Assembly (NCBI GenBank): GCA_964459985.1
Contig: CAYWOS010000007.1
Location: forward strand, 17,920 to 81,919
DNA: 64,000 nt
Reading direction: 5' to 3'
Source of the DNA: an uncultured Oscillospiraceae bacterium
Lineage (GTDB): Bacteria; Bacillota; Clostridia; Christensenellales; Aristaeellaceae
Each line of letters starts with the position of its first letter. The stretch's first letter is position 1. This document shows, piece by piece, positions 38,601 through 46,601 of this stretch. A program made the position numbers and the translations under genes. The notes below the pieces were generated by a model. The model did no database searches and was not told the DNA's origin. It saw nothing but the letters and a program-made list of their open reading frames with translations.

Positions 38601-39806
38601 TTCGCCAAAATGCTGATCACCGGCACGGCCATCAAGCCCGTGTGCCTGAACGAGGAATTGTGCCGCCTGTGCGGCATGACGCGCGAAAAGTTCTTCGCGC
38701 TCTATCGGGACGACGCCTACGCCGGCGTGCATCCCGACGACGCCGCCTACACGCACACCGTCATCAGCGAGGCGATCCGGAAGCGCTCGACGCTCTCGCT
38801 GCACATCCGCCTGATCAACGGCCGCGGCGGGTATACGCCCCTCAAGGCGTTCTACCGCGTGACGGAGGACGCGAGCGGGCTGTACCTGAACGGCTATTAC
38901 ACCGACGCGACCGAAACGGACGCGATGGAGGAGCAGCGCCGCGAGCTGCTTGAAAACCTGCCCTGCGGCGCCGGGATTTACGAGGTGACGGGCGACGGCA
39001 TCCGCGCCACCTATCTGAACAAGCAATACCGCATGTACCTCAAGCGCAGCATCGGCGATCTGAACGAAGCGCCGGTGTTCGAGGTCGTGCATCCCGACGA
39101 TATCGACAAGCTCAAAGCGGCGCTGCAAAAGGCGCTGTCGGTGGAAAAGGAAGGCGCCTGCGATATCCGCGTGATGGACGGCGAGGGCGGGTACATTCCC
39201 TTCCATCTGGTGGGGCGGGTCATCGAGCATCACCGCGACAAAACGGCCATTTACGTCACCTACACGCCGATCACCGAAAAGGAAATGCTGCTGCAAAAGC
39301 GCGCCGAGACGGACGGCATGACCGGGCTGTACAACAAGGCGACCGCCGAGGCGATGATCGCCGAGCGCCTGTCCTCCGGGAACGGCACGCCCTGCGCGAT
39401 GATGATCATGGACATCGACAACCTCAAATCCATCAACGATTCCATCGGCCACCCGCAGGGCGACCGCGCCATCTGCCTGATCGCGGACACGCTGAAAACG
39501 CAGTTCCGCAAGACGGATATCGTCGGCCGCATCGGCGGCGACGAGTTCGCCGTTTTTCTGGAGGGCGTGGAAGACGCCGAAAAGCTCAAGGATATGGCGT
39601 CCGCCCTGCTGACGAGGCTGTCCGCCGTCATGGTTGGCGCGGCGGACGACTATCCCGTCCGCGCCTGCATCGGTATCGCCGAGGGCGTATCGGGCAAGAC
39701 ATCCTTCCATGAGCTGTACGAGCAGGCGGACAAAGCGCTCTACGCCGCCAAGCATAACGGGAAGAACAAATACGCCGTCTATACGGACGGCGGGCAGCCC
39801 GCCTGA
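35685..39806 (+). CDS. multidomain c-di-GMP turnover protein: REC - degenerate GGDEF - EAL - about five PAS-like modules - GGDEF
   Basis: 1373 aa. REC (LIVDDN, LLDIVMPRMDG). First GGDEF degenerate (GGRIAADNFS). EAL motifs intact (EALVRW, EITES, DDFGSGYSSL, KLD, EGVE, QGY). Terminal GGDEF intact (GRIGGDEFAVF) with an RKTD I-site 5 residues upstream. Confidence 0.85.
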   Translation: MRRTILIVDDNRINRVLLKKTLESDYSVLEAENGEEALALIRREHARLSAVLLDIVMPRMDGYEVLRAIRDDVLLSSIPVIMVTGSEDEKSRVKALSFGANDFILKPFSPDIVRHCLKNNIALRETASSLNAFQRDKLTGLYNREAFFEKVTAAVREREPGYYILSCFDIDNFKLINDQFGAAEGDRILREIGRVMSEDMKKLGGIGGRIAADNFSCLFPAANSDMSITRFIRQDRMTFSEKQAITLSVGRYIVVDPSLPASALYDRAYIAKQSIKGRYDEHIAYFDDAMLEKLLRDQQIIADMDEAIAGHQFEVWYQPQGNHATGALVGAEALVRWRHPRHGLIPPDNFIPLFEQNGFVYELDKYVWRSVCGSLRKWIDEGRNPLPVSVNLSRYDVFRPDLLGVLTGLLKEYDLPIGLLRLEITESAFAQSADVIVSVVKRLIEEGFTVEIDDFGSGYSSLNTLKNVPAQIVKLDMRFLESDDDTGRGGNILESIVRMTKWLGMSTIAEGVEERSQADYLLSVGCNYIQGYLYARPMPVEAYEAYCLKTGKEERLITVESVEHLDSNSFWDPKSMDTLIFNSFVGSACILEYHNDSIELVRVTEKYIEAIGSASMSAGDALKLDWYAHMNAESAARIIADLRRSIDKKTEVTGEYVFLDLPGCPHETHLRSTLRVIASTGGRHLVYCTNENITAQREAEQKERNTARELAQMIQDMPGGYVKMRITPDGVIPVFVNDELCRICGMTHDQVMSIYAADAYAGVHPDDLKPVREAVARTADNRSTVSLRVRLRNGQGDYTSVQVFYRVSEDADGALILNGYYADASEQIKDENKQKALLDNLPSGAGVYEFRDGAMRLIYQNKSYWDLVGLSEEKYLDSAPMSAIHPDDLPSVMRELSAAVAEQRDVSCSIRLRHLTLGFRPVHLAGRIVRAKDDALLIYATFTPISSEELAYREMLPMALSAEQMIEDMPGGFAKMLITGTAIKPVCLNEELCRLCGMTREKFFALYRDDAYAGVHPDDAAYTHTVISEAIRKRSTLSLHIRLINGRGGYTPLKAFYRVTEDASGLYLNGYYTDATETDAMEEQRRELLENLPCGAGIYEVTGDGIRATYLNKQYRMYLKRSIGDLNEAPVFEVVHPDDIDKLKAALQKALSVEKEGACDIRVMDGEGGYIPFHLVGRVIEHHRDKTAIYVTYTPITEKEMLLQKRAETDGMTGLYNKATAEAMIAERLSSGNGTPCAMMIMDIDNLKSINDSIGHPQGDRAICLIADTLKTQFRKTDIVGRIGGDEFAVFLEGVEDAEKLKDMASALLTRLSAVMVGAADDYPVRACIGIAEGVSGKTSFHELYEQADKALYAAKHNGKNKYAVYTDGGQPA
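37815..39330 (+). repeat. in-frame tandem duplication (2 x 756 nt = 2 x 252 aa, two PAS-like modules each) inside the c-di-GMP gene
   Basis: Anchors ATGATTCAGGACATGCCCGGCGG at 37821 and ATGATCGAGGATATGCCGGGCGG at 38577. GACGCCTATGCCGGCGTGCATCC at 37956 and GACGCCTACGCCGGCGTGCATCC at 38712. Both offsets are exactly 756 nt. Protein units are roughly 40% identical by eye. Confidence 0.75.
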
Positions 39807-39813
39807 CCGCCGG

Positions 39814-40799
39814 CTATTGATCGTCTTCCGCGCCGGGCGAAATCGCCGCGTTCTCCCCGCCCCGGGGCGCGGAGAAGGACGCCGCGCCACGGCCGAGGCA
39901 TTCCAGAAGGATATGATAGAAATCCTCGAAATAGCTCGTGCTGTGCGCATCCACCCGGTCGCAAAGGTAGAAATGCCGCTTCAGATCGGCATCCGTGATC
40001 GGATAATAATGAACCGTCCGGCTCAAATCGAGATCGGGCACGCGTGAAAGATACACGTCCGGGCACAGCATCACGGCGTTCATCACCGCCGTCAGGCGGC
40101 GGCACGCCTCGAAATTATGCGATTCCAGTATGATTTCGGGGCGAATATCGTTCATCAGGAACAGCCTGTCCTGAACCGCGCGGATGCTGTGGCCGGACGA
40201 CAGGCTGATAAACTTTTCGTTTCGCGCCTCCAGCAAGCTGATGGGCGTGCCGCTTTTGATGCGCCGCGCCAGATCGGTCACGGGCGAAGCGATCAACAGG
40301 ATCTCCTCGTTTTCAATCAGGCGGTAGCGCAGGCGCGGATTGGACGGCTCGGTCGTGATCAGCGCCATGTCGCACGTCTGATCGAGCACCATTTTTCAAG
40401 CGTATTGGAGCCGTACTCCTCCAGCCCGACGTGAATATGCGGGTAGCGCCGCAAAAACTCGGGCAGCACACGCGGCAGGATCTGCACGCCGCGCTGGAGC
40501 GAAATGCCCAGCCGGATCGTTCCGTACACTTCGCCCTTGATGTCGTTGATGTGGTTGATCATTCTCTCCTGAATCGCCGTCAGCTGACGAACGGTGTCCA
40601 AGTATACCCGTCCGACCTGCGTCAGACGCAGCGGGCTGGAGGATCGGTCGAAGATCGGCGCGCCAAGCTCGGTTTCCACCTGCTTGACCACCTGACTGAG
40701 CGCGGGCTGCGATATGAACACCTGATTCGCCGCTTCCGTGATGCTCCCCGCGCGTTCGATCGCCTGCAGGTAAAAAAAGTGTTTCGGATGGAAAAGCAT
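39814..40799 (-). pseudogene. LysR-family transcriptional regulator interrupted by a frameshift in a homopolymer
   Basis: The HTH half (from the ATG at 40799, MLFHPKHFFYLQAIERAGSITEAANQVFISQPALSQ) runs to ...LEEYGSNTLEKW. The effector half (39814..40392, MVLDQTCDMALITT...) is in another frame. One extra A in the A5 run (T5 at 40392-40396 on the + strand) would restore LEKMVLDQ. Confidence 0.7.
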
Positions 40800-40808
40800 A
40801 GCGTCCTC

Positions 40809-40859
40809 CATAAGCATTCTCTTATGTATCGCATAAGAAAAAAGCAATTTGCCTTATGC
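40809..40859. promoter_or_regulatory. two inverted repeats built from CATAAG/CTTATG (candidate LysR boxes)
   Basis: CATAAG (40809-40814) N6 CTTATG (40821-40826). GCATAAG (40831-40837) N15 CTTATGC (40853-40859). Located between the divergent LysR gene and the ABC operon. Confidence 0.4.
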
Positions 40860-41007
40860 GCACGTTCAGTATATCATACGTTTGGAAGGAAATACACCAT
40901 TCCGCACACATTTTACGGTGCGCTGAACGGTGATTCGCTCCGTTCCGCTTTCCCCCGATTCTGTGCGGCATCGCCGCGTCAGATACAAATGAAAGGAGTC
41001 ACCCGTC

Positions 41008-42276
41008 ATGAAGAAACTTCTCGCATTGGTCGTTCTCATGGCAATGCTGTTCAGCGTTGCCGGCGTGCCGGCGCTCGCGGACGCGATCGACGACATGGGC
41101 CCCGTCACCATCCAGCTCTCCTACAAAGGCAGCGCGAGCGAGGTTGCGCTCCGCGAAAAAATGGGTCAGATGTACATGGACAAGCATCCGAACGTGACCA
41201 TCGAATGGATCACGCTCGGCTCGAATATCGCCCAGAAGCTGATGGTGCTTGCGTCCGGCAACGAGCTGCCCGACGTGATCTACCTCAACGAGGACGTGTT
41301 GAGCTTTGCTTCCCGCAACATCCTCTACCCCATGAACGACCTGATCGCGCGCGACAATTTCGACACGAGCGTTTTCTACAAGGAGCTGCTCGACGTGTGC
41401 ACGCTGGACGGCAAGGTCTACGCGCTGCCGCAGGAAGTCTCCCCCTATGTCGTTTATTACAACATTGATATGTTCGAAGCCGCCGGCGTGCCGCTCCCGA
41501 CGGACGACTGGACGCTGGACGAGTTCTACGCCGCCTGCGCGGCGCTGACCGACGCCGAAAAGGGCATCTACGGCATCCGCATGCCGATCAACTGGTCGGA
41601 CCGTCAGCTCAACTACTTCGCGCGTTTTGACGCCCCCGTTTTCACCGAGGACGGCAAAGAGGTCGCCTTCAACAATGAAAAGGGTCTGGCGGCGCTCAAA
41701 TTCCTGAACAAGATGGTCGTCGAAGACAAGGTCGCCACCTCGCCCGCCGACGCGATCGCCATCGGCAGCTCCTTCGGCTCGATGTTCCGCAACCAGCAGA
41801 TCGCCATGGAAGAATCCGGGCTGTGGAGCCTGCCGGGATTCCTCTCCACGCCGCTCGAGTTCCGCTGGGACGTCGTGATGGCGCCCAAGGGAGCCAAGCA
41901 GGCCTCCAAGGCCGGCGTGCTGAACTGGGCGATTTCCGCCGACAGCGAGCATGTTGACCTGGCGTGGGACATCATCAAGTTCTTCACCAGCACCGAGGGC
42001 ATGTGCGAAATCGCCTCCGCGTGTATGGCGCTTCCGGGCAGCGCGGACGAGACGGCCAATGCCATCATCGCGCAGCAGGAAATCCCCGGCAACATCGAAG
42101 CGTTCGTCAAGATGGCGAGCCTGCTCGATCTGTCCGACCAGCGCACCACCAAGAAGACCGAAACGCTGAACGAATTCAACATCCTCGTCGAGCAGATGCT
42201 CAACGGCGATCTGACCCCGGAGGATACCCTCGCGCAGATGACGGAGAACATGAACGCCGTCCTCGCCGAAGACTGA
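41008..42276 (+). CDS. CUT1-family sugar ABC transporter substrate-binding protein
   Basis: 422 aa. Signal peptide MKKLLALVVLMAMLFSVAGVPALA. AAAGGAG RBS. Confidence 0.85.
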   Translation: MKKLLALVVLMAMLFSVAGVPALADAIDDMGPVTIQLSYKGSASEVALREKMGQMYMDKHPNVTIEWITLGSNIAQKLMVLASGNELPDVIYLNEDVLSFASRNILYPMNDLIARDNFDTSVFYKELLDVCTLDGKVYALPQEVSPYVVYYNIDMFEAAGVPLPTDDWTLDEFYAACAALTDAEKGIYGIRMPINWSDRQLNYFARFDAPVFTEDGKEVAFNNEKGLAALKFLNKMVVEDKVATSPADAIAIGSSFGSMFRNQQIAMEESGLWSLPGFLSTPLEFRWDVVMAPKGAKQASKAGVLNWAISADSEHVDLAWDIIKFFTSTEGMCEIASACMALPGSADETANAIIAQQEIPGNIEAFVKMASLLDLSDQRTTKKTETLNEFNILVEQMLNGDLTPEDTLAQMTENMNAVLAED

Positions 42277-42288
42277 TCGATCTCCCTC

Positions 42289-42322
42289 GGGGCGCGGCGG
42301 GGCGAAAGCCTTACCGCGCCCC
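42289..42322 (+). other. stem-loop after the binding-protein gene
   Basis: GGGGCGCGG (42289-42297) pairs with CCGCGCCCC (42314-42322), followed by a T-rich stretch. Confidence 0.45.
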
Positions 42323-42355
42323 TCTGTCTTTCTTATCAGATCGGAGGAATCGCTT

Positions 42356-43258
42356 ATGCACGCGAACATCGCCGCGCAGGGCAGATTAAAGAGGAGCCTG
42401 GATTCGGAGTCAACATGGGGCGTATTGTTCATTCTGCCGGCCGTTATCGGCTTTATCGTGTTCATCGCCTTTCCGATCGGCATGTCTTTTTATTACAGCC
42501 TGACGAAATTTGACGGCATCATCACGCCGAAATACATCGGCTTTGCGAATTACCAGACCCTGTTCACCAACAAACGGTTCTACAACTCGCTGTGGAACAC
42601 CATTTACTTTTCCATCGGCACGGTGCCGACGGGCACGCTGCTTTCCCTGATTGCCGCCGTCGCGCTCAACCGAAAAATGCGGATGATGAAGTTCTACCGC
42701 ACGGCGTTCTTCATGCCCGTGGTCGTATCGCTCGTGTCCATTTCCATGGTATGGCAGTGGATGTATCAAAAGGATTACGGCATCATCAACACGGCGCTGG
42801 GCGCGCTGAATCTGTATCAGCCGCCGTGGCTCGGCAGCAAGTACTGGGCAATGCCGGCGCTGTGGATCATGACGGTCTGGAAGAATCTGGGCTTTAACGC
42901 CATTCTCTTTCTGGCCGGGCTGCAGGGCATATCGCCCAGCATTTACGAATCGGCGGCGCTGGACGGCGCCAACGCGGTCCAGAAATTCCGCTACATCACG
43001 CTGCCGCTCATATCGCATACCACGACGTTCGTGCTGATCAATTCGCTGATCAAGGCCTTCCAGACATTCGACACCATCTACATCATGACCTCCGGCGGGC
43101 CGAGCCAGTCGACGGAAGTCATCAGCTTTTTGATCTACACCAACGCGTTTTCGTACTACAAGCAGGGCCTTGCGTGCGCCATGGCGTACGTCCTGTTCGT
43201 CATCATATTCGCTTTCACGATGATACGCATTCTGTATAAAGAGCGGAGGGAGGCGTGA
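42356..43258 (+). CDS. sugar ABC transporter permease (MalF-like)
   Basis: 300 aa. GGAGGA RBS. EAA-like loop ESAALDGANAVQKFRYITLPL. Confidence 0.85.
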   Translation: MHANIAAQGRLKRSLDSESTWGVLFILPAVIGFIVFIAFPIGMSFYYSLTKFDGIITPKYIGFANYQTLFTNKRFYNSLWNTIYFSIGTVPTGTLLSLIAAVALNRKMRMMKFYRTAFFMPVVVSLVSISMVWQWMYQKDYGIINTALGALNLYQPPWLGSKYWAMPALWIMTVWKNLGFNAILFLAGLQGISPSIYESAALDGANAVQKFRYITLPLISHTTTFVLINSLIKAFQTFDTIYIMTSGGPSQSTEVISFLIYTNAFSYYKQGLACAMAYVLFVIIFAFTMIRILYKERREA

Positions 43259-43260
43259 CC

Positions 43261-44121
43261 ATGTCCGTACACGATCTGAACGGCCGCCGATATACGCATG
43301 GCGTCTATCTGACGAAAAAATGCCTCGCCCACGCGCTCATGATCGCGCTTTCATTCCTGATGCTTTTCCCGTTCATCTGGATGCTCTCCATCTCCTTCAA
43401 GAACGAAAACGAGCTGTTCGCCATCCCCGTCCATCTCTTCCCGCGCGTCCCGACGGCGGAGGGCTACCGCAAAATGTGGACGGCTTACCCGTGGATGCAG
43501 TACGCCTTCAACACGCTTAAAATCTCCGTTCTCACCATCGTCGGGCAGCTGCTCGTTTCCTCGATGGCGGCGTACTCCTTCGCGCGGCTGCGTTACAAGG
43601 GGCGCGAGGTCATCTTCATCATCTTTCTGGGAACGATGATGGTTCCCTTTCAGGTGCTGATGGTATCGCAGTTCAAGATCATCAAGCTGTTCGGCTGGAT
43701 CAATCAGCACGCGTCGCTGTGGGTGCCCAGCGCGTTAAGCGTGTTCGGCATCTTCATGCTCCGCCAGTTTTTCCTGACCATTCCCAAGGATCTCGAGGAA
43801 GCGGCGCGCATCGACGGCTGCGGCTATCCCCGCATCTACGCCAGGATCATCCTGCCGATCGCCAAGCCCGCGCTGACGGCGCTGACGGTCATCACCTTTA
43901 TGTCCTCATGGAACGAATACCTGCGTCCGCTCATCTACATCAATTCGGACGCGAAATGGACGATGACGATGGGGCTGGGTCGATTCCGCGGCACGTACAT
44001 CATCGAATGGAACCAGCTCATGGCGGGGACGGTCATATCGGTCGCGCCCATCGTGCTCATCTTTTTGCTCGGGCAGCGCTTCTTTATCGAGGGCATCGCC
44101 ATGAGCGGTATGAAGGAATAA
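43261..44121 (+). CDS. sugar ABC transporter permease (MalG-like)
   Basis: The track start GTG 43255 overlaps the upstream stop. ATG 43261 is preferred because it has GGAGGGAGG 8 nt upstream. EAA-like loop EEAARIDGCGYPRIYARIILPI. Confidence 0.85.
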   Translation: MSVHDLNGRRYTHGVYLTKKCLAHALMIALSFLMLFPFIWMLSISFKNENELFAIPVHLFPRVPTAEGYRKMWTAYPWMQYAFNTLKISVLTIVGQLLVSSMAAYSFARLRYKGREVIFIIFLGTMMVPFQVLMVSQFKIIKLFGWINQHASLWVPSALSVFGIFMLRQFFLTIPKDLEEAARIDGCGYPRIYARIILPIAKPALTALTVITFMSSWNEYLRPLIYINSDAKWTMTMGLGRFRGTYIIEWNQLMAGTVISVAPIVLIFLLGQRFFIEGIAMSGMKE

Positions 44122-44193
44122 ACGTTCCGGGAACGGATTCGCAAATCGCTCCCGCGCCCGCCGCCGGCGCAAGGCGGCAAAGGAGACAGCCAT

Positions 44194-45570
44194 ATGCGCA
44201 TTCCAGAGGCAAGCCCTCTCTCGCAGGGGATCAGCCCCGACGCGATCGACCGCCTGATCCGCCGCGCGCTGAACGCCGGGATCGAGCTGCACGCCTACCG
44301 TATCGTGAGAAACGGCCGCCTGATCGCCGCCGGGCGCGTCGCGCCCTATGACGACAGCCTTCCGCATCTGACCTGCTCGCTGTCCAAAAGCCTGACGTGC
44401 ATGGCGATCGGCCTGATGATCGATCAGGGCAAACTGCGCCTTGACGACACGGTGGGCGCGGTGCTGAACGACGAAAGCCACGCCCCGGGATGGGATCGCG
44501 TCAGGGTTTCGCATCTGCTGACCATGACATCGGGGTTGACGGACGATCCGAGAAGACGGTTCGTCGATCCGGCGGAAACGAGCTGGCTGCGCTGCTGCCT
44601 TGAAACGGAACCGGGCGAGCAGCCGGGACGGACATTCCGCTACATGAGCGCGAACAGCTTCCTCCTGTCGGCGATGGTGTCGAAAATCACGGGACGCTCG
44701 CTGCGCGATTATCTGGACGAAGCGCTGTTTACGCCCATGGGCATGGAGGACGTGCGCTGGGAGGCAAGCCCCGAAGGCATCTCGGCGGGCGCGTTCGGCC
44801 TCTGGCTGACGGTCGATCAGATGGCGGCGCTCGCCTGCCTGTTCCTCGCGGACGGCGTGTGGAACGGCCGCCGGTTGATCCCCGCCGGCTTTATCCGGGA
44901 CGCGGCTTCCCGGCATGTCGATTCGGATTCCGGTCAGTTCACCCACCGCCAGCAGGTTTGCGGCTACGGATATCAGTTCTGGATCGGCGCGGGCGGCGCG
45001 AGCCGCGCGGACGGATACGCCGGGCAGTTCATTACGCTGGACTTTGAGAATCGCTTTTCCCTGATTACGACGGCGGGCACGGCGGGCGCGTACGATTTGC
45101 TCGATATCGCCGACGAGGAACTGCGCCCGGCGCCCGGGCCGGCGGATTGCCCGGCGGACGGCGCCGCCGAAAGGCGGGAATGGGCGCTGCCCGCGCCCGC
45201 CTGCGACGAAAAAGACGTCGCGCCCTTTATCGGCCGCTTCCGCGACGAGCGCGGCGACCGCCTGACGGTCGCGGTGCGCGGCGACCGCCTGACGATCGAC
45301 GGCGACGGCTTTTGCCGCGTCGAGGCGGGCGTCGGGCGATGGCAGATCGGGCAATACAGCGCCGCGAGCATCACGGCGCAGGCCGCCGCCGCCGCCCGCG
45401 AGGGCGACGCGCTGCGCGTCACGCTGCGCAGCCTGCAAACGCCGTACTCATACGATCTGCTGCTCACGCGCTGCGACGACGGCGTCGAAGCGCGGCTCAT
45501 CCCGCGCCTGATCAGCCGTCTGGACGCGTTCCGCTTCCCGGCCATCCGCCGGTATTCGCGCGCGGAATAG
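44194..45570 (+). CDS. serine hydrolase, beta-lactamase/transpeptidase fold (class C-like), cytoplasmic
   Basis: 458 aa. S-x-x-K motif in HLTCSLSKSLTCMAIG. LLTMTSGL motif. No signal peptide. Confidence 0.7.
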   Translation: MRIPEASPLSQGISPDAIDRLIRRALNAGIELHAYRIVRNGRLIAAGRVAPYDDSLPHLTCSLSKSLTCMAIGLMIDQGKLRLDDTVGAVLNDESHAPGWDRVRVSHLLTMTSGLTDDPRRRFVDPAETSWLRCCLETEPGEQPGRTFRYMSANSFLLSAMVSKITGRSLRDYLDEALFTPMGMEDVRWEASPEGISAGAFGLWLTVDQMAALACLFLADGVWNGRRLIPAGFIRDAASRHVDSDSGQFTHRQQVCGYGYQFWIGAGGASRADGYAGQFITLDFENRFSLITTAGTAGAYDLLDIADEELRPAPGPADCPADGAAERREWALPAPACDEKDVAPFIGRFRDERGDRLTVAVRGDRLTIDGDGFCRVEAGVGRWQIGQYSAASITAQAAAAAREGDALRVTLRSLQTPYSYDLLLTRCDDGVEARLIPRLISRLDAFRFPAIRRYSRAE

Positions 45571-45738
45571 CCCCCCGCGCGGCAAAACAAGCGCCATATC
45601 ACACGCCGCCCCCGCGCGGCGGCGCGCGACGTAGTAACCCGCGCCCGCGATCAAATACCGCGTCCATACGAAAACCGCGCCCCCGCGCCGCCGGAAGCAT
45701 TCCGGACGATCGTCGGGGGCACGGTTCGTTTGATCGGT

Positions 45739-46497
45739 TCAGCCGCGCGCGTAGTACATTTTCAGGAATTTCGTCAGGCATTCGTTCCAGAAATACCAAT
45801 CGTGCAGCCCGTCCCAGTTCTCGGCGCGGACGGAAAACGAAAGCTCGTTGAGCTTATCGCGGAAGGCCTGCCAGTAGGACGAAAGCGGGTCCTGATACCC
45901 CATGGCCATATAGATCCGCGGCTTGACGGGCGACAGCGCGCAGGCCTCGGCGATGGGAAAGAGATCGGCCTGACCCGCGTTTTCAAAGTCGAGGCCCAGA
46001 ATCGCCTTCATCTCGTGGTAATCCCGTTCGTCGTCATGGACCAGCTTGCGCCGGATAGCGCAGCTCGAGGAAAACGACCCGCACAGCCCGTACTGATCGG
46101 GACGGCGAAGCGCACACTTGAGCGCGCCGTAGCCGCCCATCGAATTGCCCGCGACCGCCGTGTCCTCGCGTTTGTCCGATATCGGCAGCAGCTTGCGCAT
46201 CATCGCCGGCAGTTCTTCGGTGATATAGCTGTAATAGGGCAGCCCGTACCGCTCGTCCTCGTACCAGCTCTTCTGCACCTCGGGAATCACGCAGAAAATG
46301 TTGTATTCGTTGACGAAGATCGGCAGCATGGTCTGATCCGACCAGCAATGGTGATCGTCCGTCTTGCCGTGCAGCAGGTACAGCACCTTGTACGGCATGT
46401 ACTCGGGCTTCAGCTCGTTCGGGAAAACAATGGTAACGCCCGTGCGCATTTCCATGCGCTGAGACAAAACGGAACCGTGGAACACCGACATGGACAT
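45739..46497 (-). CDS. alpha/beta-hydrolase esterase (CE1 / esterase D-like)
   Basis: Track ORF trimmed to MSMSVFHG (the alternative ATG is at 46491). YLLHG motif. Nucleophile elbow GNSMGG. Confidence 0.7.
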   Translation of the reverse strand: MSMSVFHGSVLSQRMEMRTGVTIVFPNELKPEYMPYKVLYLLHGKTDDHHCWSDQTMLPIFVNEYNIFCVIPEVQKSWYEDERYGLPYYSYITEELPAMMRKLLPISDKREDTAVAGNSMGGYGALKCALRRPDQYGLCGSFSSSCAIRRKLVHDDERDYHEMKAILGLDFENAGQADLFPIAEACALSPVKPRIYMAMGYQDPLSSYWQAFRDKLNELSFSVRAENWDGLHDWYFWNECLTKFLKMYYARG

Positions 46498-46601
46498 CGC
46501 CCTTCTTTCGTTTGCCGACGTATTGGGAGGCATCGCGGGAATATTCTGCGTTCGCGGCGCGTTTCCTGCGCGCGGCGCGGCCGGCGGCCATATTTAACAA
46601 A

